Assembly: GCA_038231455.1 (NCBI GenBank)
Contig: JBBRLI010000002.1
Span: 160,001-224,000, forward strand
Direction: 5' to 3'
DNA: 64,000 bases
DNA from: Vulcanimicrobiales bacterium
Lineage (GTDB): Bacteria; Vulcanimicrobiota; Vulcanimicrobiia; Vulcanimicrobiales; Vulcanimicrobiaceae
In this document: in pieces, positions 57,360-64,000 of the stretch
Layout of the letters: each line of letters begins with the position of its first letter
How positions within the stretch are numbered: the stretch's first letter is position 1
The notes under the pieces: generated by a model
Databases searched by the model: none
Told to the model about the DNA's origin: nothing
What the model saw: the letters and a program-made list of their open reading frames with translations, nothing else
Position numbers and translations under genes: made by a program

Positions 57360-59249
57360 GTGGAGGCCGCACTCTCGATCGCGATCGGCGGTCTGGTTCA
57401 AGGGTCGGTGTTCGCACTCGTTGCGATTGGATTTGCGCTCGTGTTCCGGGTAACGGGCGCCGTCAATCTCGCGCAGGGTGCATTCGTCGTGCTCGGCGCA
57501 CTTGCGACGTACTCGTTCGAGCAGACGCTGCACTGGCCGCTGCCACTTGCCGCTCTCGCAGCGCTTATCGTCGCCGCGGTCGTCGGATTTCTCGTTGCCG
57601 TCGGCATCTTTGCGCCGGGGTTGCGGCGCCTGCCCCCCGGCGGCATGGTCATCCTCACGGGCGGTCTGCTCACGCTATTCGAGGGTGCGGCGCTGCTGGT
57701 GTGGGGCAGTCAGCCGTATCAACTTCCGCCATTTTCCGGCTATGTGCCCGTTGCGTTCGGCCCGTTTCACGTTCCCTCACAGTCGCTCTGGGATCTTGGA
57801 ATCACGGCGATCGTCATCGCGCTCTTAGGCTACGTCCTGCAAGGGACGGCGTTCGGTAAAGCACTGCGCGCGTGCGCGGAAAATCCGGCGGCCGCGACGC
57901 TCATGGGCATCGATGTCGAGCGCGTTCGCGTGCTCTCGTATACCGTAGCAAGTGTCCTTGGCGCGCTCAGCGGCATTGCGATCGGGCCGATCGTTTCGCT
58001 CCAATTCGATGCGGGCCGGTTCTTTACGGTGTACGGATTTATTTCCGTTGCGATCGGCGGTATGGGATCGCTTGTCGGCGGGCTGCTCGGGGGACTGGGC
58101 ATCGGGCTCTTGCAGCAGCTCGGTGCCGCCTACGTGTCGTCGATTTTTGCAACGACGCTTGCGATCGGTTTACTCATCCTGGTGCTGGTATGGCGACCGA
58201 GCGGACTGCTCGGCGGTGGGGTGCGTCGCGAAGACAATCGCGCGAGCGGCGGGCACCGCATGCGAGTGCGAGCGCAACTGCCGCGCCGCCTCGCACTCGT
58301 CGTCGGCGTCCTCGCAATCGCGATCGTGGCCGTCGTCCCGCTCATCGCCGGCGCCGGTGTCCTCAGTTCGCTCACCATCGCCGGCGTGCTCTTCATTGCG
58401 CTCCTCGGACTCGATGTGCTCATGGGCTTCGCGGGACAAATCAGTTTAGGTCATGCCGCGTTCGTCGCAATTGGCGGCTACGGCGCGGCGATCTCCGTGC
58501 TCCGATTTGGTGTACCGCCGCTTGCGGCGATCTTCGTCGCGCTGGTTGCATCGTTGCTTGCGGCGACCGTGCTGGCGGCAATCACGGTGCGGCTGCGCGG
58601 AATCTATCTTGCGCTCGCGACGCTTGCGTTCGGTCTGCTCGTCGATTCGCTCACCGTCGGTCTCTCCGACCTCACCGGCGGTCCCTCGGGATTGACCGGT
58701 ATCCCGCATTTTTCGATCGGCTCGTTCGTGTTCACCGATCCCCGCGCGAACTATTATCTCATCTGGGGTGTGGCGCTTGCGATCTTCGCGATTTTGCTCG
58801 GACTTCTGCGGTCGGATTTCGGACGCGCGCTCCGCGCGCTGCGCACGGATCAAACCGCCGCACTCGCGCTGGGCATCGACGTGCCGAAGTACAAACGCTA
58901 CGCCGTGATGATCGCCGCCGCGTGCGCGTCGATCGCGGGCAGTCTGTACGCGTTCGATTTCCAATTCTTCTCACCCGAAATGGTGAGTACGCCGCGGTCG
59001 CTCGAAATGGTCACGATGCTCGTCATCGGCGGCGAAGGCACCCTTGCCGGACCATTGCTCGGCGTCCTGTTGATCGTGCTTTTGCCGACCGTGATCCAGC
59101 CGCTCGCGCAGGCAAAAACGCTCTTCGCGGGCGCCGTGCTCGTGAGCGGGCTCCTGTTCTTGCCAAACGGCGTACTCGGCGCGATTGCGGCACGTCTTGC
59201 GCCGGTCGAACGACTCGATGACGCAGCGGACACGGCGGAGGCGGCATGA
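57360..59249 (+). CDS. Fused LivH-LivM-type ABC permease
   Basis: 629 aa. First half has VNLAQG and RPSGLLG; second half has GQISLGHAAF, YLALATLAF and GGEGTL.GP. Confidence 0.9.
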   Translation: MEAALSIAIGGLVQGSVFALVAIGFALVFRVTGAVNLAQGAFVVLGALATYSFEQTLHWPLPLAALAALIVAAVVGFLVAVGIFAPGLRRLPPGGMVILTGGLLTLFEGAALLVWGSQPYQLPPFSGYVPVAFGPFHVPSQSLWDLGITAIVIALLGYVLQGTAFGKALRACAENPAAATLMGIDVERVRVLSYTVASVLGALSGIAIGPIVSLQFDAGRFFTVYGFISVAIGGMGSLVGGLLGGLGIGLLQQLGAAYVSSIFATTLAIGLLILVLVWRPSGLLGGGVRREDNRASGGHRMRVRAQLPRRLALVVGVLAIAIVAVVPLIAGAGVLSSLTIAGVLFIALLGLDVLMGFAGQISLGHAAFVAIGGYGAAISVLRFGVPPLAAIFVALVASLLAATVLAAITVRLRGIYLALATLAFGLLVDSLTVGLSDLTGGPSGLTGIPHFSIGSFVFTDPRANYYLIWGVALAIFAILLGLLRSDFGRALRALRTDQTAALALGIDVPKYKRYAVMIAAACASIAGSLYAFDFQFFSPEMVSTPRSLEMVTMLVIGGEGTLAGPLLGVLLIVLLPTVIQPLAQAKTLFAGAVLVSGLLFLPNGVLGAIAARLAPVERLDDAADTAEAA

Positions 59250-60022
59250 AATCGCTCGTCGTCGATCGCGTGAGCAAGTCATTCGGCGGCGTGCGTGCGA
59301 CCGACGATGTCTCCTTTACCGTTGAAGCCGGGACGCTCACCGCACTCATCGGTCCGAACGGCGCGGGCAAAAGCACACTCTTTAATGTGATGACCAATCT
59401 CTACCGGGTGGATTCGGGGACGATCGCATTTGACGGAACGAATCTCGCTGGACTGGCAAGCGACCGCATCGCGCGACTGGGCCTCGTGCGCACGTTCCAA
59501 ACGGCGCGCGTGTTCGGCGGCATGACCGTCCTCGAAAACGTTCTCGCGGGGATGCACGTTCATGCCAAGACCCCGCCGTGGATGCATGCGCTCGGTTTGC
59601 CGCAAGCGCGCTCGGAGGAGCGCGCTCTCGTCGTGCGCGCGGATGCAATCCTCGAAGCCTTTGGCATCGCGCATCTGCGCGACCGCGACGCAAGCGCGCT
59701 TGCACTCGGCAATCAAAAGATCGTCGAACTCGCGCGCGCGCTCATCGCGCGTCCAACGATGTTGCTGCTCGACGAACCGGCTGCGGGACTCAACGATCTC
59801 GAAACGGCGACGCTCGCGCGACTGCTGCATGCGATCCACGCCTCCGGCACAACGGTGTTCGTCGTGGAGCACAATATGTCGCTCGTGATGGGAATCGCGG
59901 ACCGCATCCTCGTCCTCGATGCGGGACGATTGATCGCAAGCGGATCGCCGCGCGAAATCCAAGCGAACGCGGCGGTGATCGAAGCGTACGTCGGCCGTGC
60001 GCCGGACGGGGCGCCGGCATGA
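59246..60022 (+). CDS. LivG-like ABC ATP-binding protein
   Basis: LIGPNGAGKST, RTFQ, LLLDEPAAGL and VEHNM motifs. Confidence 0.92.
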   Translation: MKSLVVDRVSKSFGGVRATDDVSFTVEAGTLTALIGPNGAGKSTLFNVMTNLYRVDSGTIAFDGTNLAGLASDRIARLGLVRTFQTARVFGGMTVLENVLAGMHVHAKTPPWMHALGLPQARSEERALVVRADAILEAFGIAHLRDRDASALALGNQKIVELARALIARPTMLLLDEPAAGLNDLETATLARLLHAIHASGTTVFVVEHNMSLVMGIADRILVLDAGRLIASGSPREIQANAAVIEAYVGRAPDGAPA

Positions 60023-60819
60023 TGCTCGAACTGCGCGGCCTTTACGCGGGCTATGGCTCCGCAAGCGTCCTCCACGACGTGAATCTCGATGTCGGTGATG
60101 GTGAGACCGTCGCCCTCGTCGGCGCGAACGGAGCCGGGAAATCGACGTTACTCAAATCGATTTCCGGCCTCGTGCGAAGCACGTCGGGGAGGATGGCGTT
60201 TTCCGGAGCAGACCTCGCGGTGATGCCGCCTGCGCGCCGGATGGGCGCGGGGCTCGCGCACGTTCCCGAAGGACGCGAAGTCTTCGGCGGTCTGAGCGTC
60301 GGAGACAATTTGCGACTCGGCGCGTACGCCAATCGCCGGTCGGTGGATGCGCGCGAACTCGATCGCCGTCTCGACGACGTTCTGGCGCGCTTTCCCGTTC
60401 TGCGAACGCGCCTCGGCGATGCGGCGGCGGACCTCTCGGGCGGACAACAGCAGATGCTCGCGATCGGACGCGGCCTGATGGCGCGTCCGAAATTGCTCTT
60501 GCTCGACGAACCCTCGCTCGGACTCTCACCGGCCCTCGTGAGCGAGATCTTCCGGGTGATCGCCGACATGCGCGACCTCGGCATGAGCATCCTCATCGCA
60601 GAACAAAACGCGCGCATGACGCTTGCTATTGCGGACCGTGCGTACGTGCTCGAAAACGGGCGCGTCGTCGCAAGCGACACGGGTGCGAATCTGCTGCACG
60701 CCCCACAGATCGTCGAGCGCTATTTAGGTATGGGCGACTCCGAGGTTGATGTCCGCTCCGATCCACGCGCAAGCGCCCTCGCGCAGCGCCTGCAGACGAT
60801 CTTCGCCGACGGATCTTGA
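60019..60819 (+). CDS. LivF-like ABC ATP-binding protein
   Basis: VGANGAGKST, VPEGR, LSGGQQQMLA, DEPSLGL and EQNA motifs. ATG at 60019. Confidence 0.92.
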   Translation: MMLELRGLYAGYGSASVLHDVNLDVGDGETVALVGANGAGKSTLLKSISGLVRSTSGRMAFSGADLAVMPPARRMGAGLAHVPEGREVFGGLSVGDNLRLGAYANRRSVDARELDRRLDDVLARFPVLRTRLGDAAADLSGGQQQMLAIGRGLMARPKLLLLDEPSLGLSPALVSEIFRVIADMRDLGMSILIAEQNARMTLAIADRAYVLENGRVVASDTGANLLHAPQIVERYLGMGDSEVDVRSDPRASALAQRLQTIFADGS

Positions 60820-61280
60820 GCGGGAGGACGACGGTGAGTGCCTTCGATGTCGACCCGACGCAGAGCGTTGGTTACCTCATTCGCGATTCTTCGCGGCTCA
60901 TTTTAGCGCGCTTGCAAACGCTGCTCGAGCCCCACGGCGTGACGCTGGGACAATATTTCGTCTTGCGCGAGCTCTGGCAAAACGAGGGTCTCACGCAGCG
61001 CGAACTCAGCGAACGCATCGCGATTCAAGAACCCTCGACCGTTGCGGCAATCGACGCGATGGAGAAGCGCGATCTCGTCGTTCGCGTGCGCAGCAAAGCG
61101 GACCGGCGCAAAATCCATCTCTATCTGACGGCCTACGGCCGGAGTTTACGCGGCGACCTTCTGGGCGCGGCGGCCAGCATCATCAATGGTGCAACCGCCG
61201 ACCTGAGCGCAGTCGAACTCGACACGCTGCGCGCGCTTTTGGTGCGCGTAAAAGACAACCTAGGGAGAACCGATGCTTAG
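60816..61280 (+). CDS. MarR-family regulator
   Basis: GVTLGQYFVLRELW..EGLTQRELS and DRRKI motifs; same subtype as the 13554 MarR. Confidence 0.92.
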   Translation: MSGRTTVSAFDVDPTQSVGYLIRDSSRLILARLQTLLEPHGVTLGQYFVLRELWQNEGLTQRELSERIAIQEPSTVAAIDAMEKRDLVVRVRSKADRRKIHLYLTAYGRSLRGDLLGAAASIINGATADLSAVELDTLRALLVRVKDNLGRTDA

Positions 61281-61968
61281 CGATCTCGTCCTTGCCAACC
61301 ACATCCTCGCCGATCACGAGGTGGTCGATTCGTTCGGCCATATCTCGATGCGCCACCCCGAGCGGCCCGATCGCTATCTCCTCTCGTGTTCGCGCGCGCC
61401 GTATCTTGTGACCGAAGACGACATCATGGAATACACGCTCGAGAACGAACCCGTCAAACCCGACCGTCGTGCGATGTATTTGGAGCGCCCGATCCATGGG
61501 CGCATCTATGCCGCGCGTCCCGACGTCCACTCCGTCTGTCACAACCACGCGCCCTCGACCATTCCATTCGGTGTCACGGGAACGAACCTTAAGCCGATCT
61601 TTCACATGGCCGCATCGATCGGATCGAACGTGCCGATTTGGGATATCGCGAAAAAGTTCGGCGACACGAGCCTGCTTGTGACCAACAATGCTATGGGCGA
61701 TGATCTCGCGCAAACGCTCGGTCAAAATCGCGTCGCATTGATGCGCGGCCACGGCGGCGTCGTTACGGGCAAAGACGTGCGCGACGTCGTCTTTACGTCG
61801 ATCTATCTCCACGCAAACGCGCAACTGCTGACCAGTGCCCTTGCGCTCGGCAAGGTCCATTACCTCAGCGACGGCGAGATCGAGGCCGCGACGAGTGCGA
61901 TGCTCGGTCCCTCGCCGCGTAATCGGGCATGGGAGAGTTGGGTCAAGCGGGTCTCGCCCGCCGGCTAG
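61273..61968 (+). CDS. Class II aldolase/adducin-family protein (HMPD-decarboxylase-like)
   Basis: ANHILA..VVDSFGHIS.RHP, SRAP, YLER.IHG.IYAARPDV..VCHNH and LMRGHG motifs. Confidence 0.89.
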   Translation: MLSDLVLANHILADHEVVDSFGHISMRHPERPDRYLLSCSRAPYLVTEDDIMEYTLENEPVKPDRRAMYLERPIHGRIYAARPDVHSVCHNHAPSTIPFGVTGTNLKPIFHMAASIGSNVPIWDIAKKFGDTSLLVTNNAMGDDLAQTLGQNRVALMRGHGGVVTGKDVRDVVFTSIYLHANAQLLTSALALGKVHYLSDGEIEAATSAMLGPSPRNRAWESWVKRVSPAG

Positions 61969-62020
61969 CCTCGCTTTGGGCGGTATCGCCGCGCGTGTTG
62001 TCGCAATAAACACCACCATC

Positions 62021-63598
62021 ATGCCGCTCGATTATTCTAAACCGCTCCGCGTTCGTTTTGCACCCTCGCCCACGGGGATGCTGCACGTCGGTGGTGCGCG
62101 CACCGCACTCTTCAATTATTTACTCGCCCGGAAAACCGGCGGTGTCTTTGTGCTGCGCATCGAGGATACGGATGAATCGCGCAACCGCGTCGAGAGCGAA
62201 GCGGCGATCTATGAAGATCTCCGCTGGCTCGGCATCCGCTGGGATGAGGGTCCGGATATCGGCGGCGCGTTCGCGCCGTACCGACAGTCCGAACGCGGAC
62301 CGATCTACGCCGAAGCGGCGCAGCGACTGCTCGCAAGCGGCGCGGCGTACAAATGCTACTGCACCTCCGAAGAACTCGAGGCGGATCGGCACGAGCAGAA
62401 GGCCCGCGGCATCCACGCGACGCGGTACTCGGGACGTTGCCGGAATCTCACCGCTGCCGAGCGCGCAGCGTTCGAATCCGCAGGACGCGCGTACTCGATC
62501 AATTTCGCCGTCAATCCCGGCACCACCGTCGTCGACGATCTGATCAAGGGCCGCGTTGCCTTCGACCACGACACGATCGGCGATTTCGTCGTCGTCAAAT
62601 CGACCGGCGGACCGCTCTACAATTTCACTGCTGCCGTCGATGATGCGATGATGGAAATCTCGCTCGTGCTGCGCGGCGACGAACATCTCGACAACACGCC
62701 GCGCCAGATGATGCTGCAAGGAGCCCTCGGCCTGCATCGACCGATGTACGCACACGTTGGGCTCATCCTCAACGAAGACAAATCCAAACTTTCCAAACGC
62801 CACAATACGGTTGGCACGGATCAGTTCCGCAAGCAGGGAGTGCTCTCGACGGCGCTCATCAACCATCTCGCGCTCCTGGGCTGGTCGCCCGGCAGCGATC
62901 GCGAAGCGTTTACACTCGATGACCTCGTGCACGACTTCACGCTCGAACGCGTCGGCAAATCGGGCTCGATTTTCAACGAGACGCGATTGCGCGCGTTCAA
63001 CCAGCGCGAACTCCAAGCGTTGCCGCGCGCAGAATACGTCGCGATGCTCACGCGTGCAATGCAAGTAGCCGGGCTGATGGAGGCAGAACCGCCGCCGGCG
63101 GCCCAGCGCTGGGTCGAGACCTTCATCGATGCGTACGGTGAGGAGATCCACACGATTGCCGATGCGATTCCGCTCGTCGAGAAACTGCGGAACGAAGGCG
63201 TTGTCGTTCCGGCCTTAGAGCTCGAGCGATTGCGCAACCGTGAGGTGCTCTTCTTTTTAGATGCGATCTCGCAGTATGTGGACTCGCTCTCCGAACTTCG
63301 CGATTTACCCCTCAGCAAAACGATTCCGGCGATCGCCGATGAGTTCCGGATCAAGAAGAAGGACGCGTTCCAAGCGGTCCGGATGGCGCTCATGGGCGAC
63401 CTCCACGGACCGCCGCTTCCGCTGCTCTTTCCCCTGCTCGGTCACGACCGCATCATGATGCGCATCGGCCAGATTAACTCGCACGTGCTCCACGGCCGCG
63501 GGCTCGAACCGATCAAATATGGCCCGGGCGGCGAGCCGTTCCAGACGATCCAACCGACGCCGCCGCCTGCCCCGGCAACCGACAAGGGCTCCGCGTAG
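62021..63598 (+). CDS. gltX: Glutamate--tRNA ligase
   Basis: RVRFAPSPTG.LHVGGARTAL (HIGH), LRIEDTD, PYRQSER, CYC zinc knuckle, RGDEH and KLSKR (KMSKS) motifs. ATG at 62021. Confidence 0.96.
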   Translation: MPLDYSKPLRVRFAPSPTGMLHVGGARTALFNYLLARKTGGVFVLRIEDTDESRNRVESEAAIYEDLRWLGIRWDEGPDIGGAFAPYRQSERGPIYAEAAQRLLASGAAYKCYCTSEELEADRHEQKARGIHATRYSGRCRNLTAAERAAFESAGRAYSINFAVNPGTTVVDDLIKGRVAFDHDTIGDFVVVKSTGGPLYNFTAAVDDAMMEISLVLRGDEHLDNTPRQMMLQGALGLHRPMYAHVGLILNEDKSKLSKRHNTVGTDQFRKQGVLSTALINHLALLGWSPGSDREAFTLDDLVHDFTLERVGKSGSIFNETRLRAFNQRELQALPRAEYVAMLTRAMQVAGLMEAEPPPAAQRWVETFIDAYGEEIHTIADAIPLVEKLRNEGVVVPALELERLRNREVLFFLDAISQYVDSLSELRDLPLSKTIPAIADEFRIKKKDAFQAVRMALMGDLHGPPLPLLFPLLGHDRIMMRIGQINSHVLHGRGLEPIKYGPGGEPFQTIQPTPPPAPATDKGSA

Positions 63599-63612
63599 TT
63601 TAAACGGGCGAC

Positions 63613-64000
63613 GTGGCACGAACAGCGCTCGAACTCTTTCTCTCCGACCTGCGGGCGCCGGTCGAACGCGACCCGGCGGCGGGCGGCTATATCGACGTGT
63701 TGCTCTCGTATCCCGGTTTTCACGCGATCACCGCGCATCGTGCGATTCACGCGCTGCATAAAATCGGCATCCCGGTGCTGCCGCGGTTTCTTGCCGAACT
63801 CGTGCATCGAGCGACGGGGATCGATATCCATCCCGGCGCCACGATCGGTAAGGGATTTTTCATCGACCACGGCACCGGCGTCGTCATCGGCGGAACGGCG
63901 ATCGTCGGCGATGACGTCACGCTCTACCAGGGCGTCACGCTTGGCGGGACGTCGCTTGCGCGCACGAAGCGCCATCCGACAATCGGCAACAACGTCACCG
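63613..64000 (+). CDS. cysE: Serine O-acetyltransferase, 3'-truncated by window edge (not in ORF track)
   Basis: Manual translation from GTG 63613 gives RDPAA...YPGFHA..AHR...[43 protein letters not shown]...RHPTIGNNV. Confidence 0.95.
   Translation, partial: MARTALELFLSDLRAPVERDPAAGGYIDVLLSYPGFHAITAHRAIHALHKIGIPVLPRFLAELVHRATGIDIHPGATIGKGFFIDHGTGVVIGGTAIVGDDVTLYQGVTLGGTSLARTKRHPTIGNNVT

Noticed and set aside
13511-62020. Prophage, ICE or transposon identity for the accessory region
   Set aside because: No integrase, relaxase, transposase, phage structural gene, tRNA target or terminal repeat was recognised.
2336-63151. Many long antisense or alternate-frame ORFs (for example 2336-3715, 10040-11470, 30645-31871, 32717-33880, 44413-45714, 57872-59221, 62120-63151)
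   Set aside because: They shadow well-supported genes, are Arg/Ala-rich without motifs, and are expected from stop-codon scarcity in GC-rich coding DNA.

Overview
GC-rich bacterial window with no rRNA, tRNA, CRISPR array, integrase or transposase that I can recognise. Housekeeping genes sit at both ends: fakA(DAK2)-plsX-degV-hemW-PIN/TRAM-ispD-ispF on the left and gltX-cysE on the right. In Bacillus subtilis the PIN/TRAM(yacL)-ispD-ispF-gltX-cysE genes are contiguous; here about 56 kb lies between ispF and gltX. That interval holds an OmpR-type two-component pair, a 1700-aa TamB/AsmA-like protein and a roughly 48-kb catabolic region (13.5-62 kb), apparently for carboxylated (hetero)aromatics. 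The region encodes four Rieske oxygenase alpha subunits (two paralog pairs, no cognate reductase), a phthalate-dihydrodiol-dehydrogenase-like enzyme, a 4,5-dihydroxyphthalate-decarboxylase-like enzyme, UbiD/UbiX, five class II aldolase/decarboxylase paralogs, a twice-present two-gene cupin module, a Tat-signal molybdenum hydroxylase, a thiolase, three ABC systems with scattered parts, and MarR/LysR/GntR regulators. An AT-richer islet at 28.1-29.7 kb carries a DUF5343-like gene, a hybrid antitoxin plus RelE toxin, a perfect operator-like palindrome and a strong-SD small ORF/hairpin element. IspD carries an unexpected C-terminal domain resembling EF-G domain V. Firmicute-like gene order combined with outer-membrane genes suggests a diderm Terrabacteria host such as Eremiobacterota (inference only). 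All family assignments come from motif recognition by eye, not database searches.
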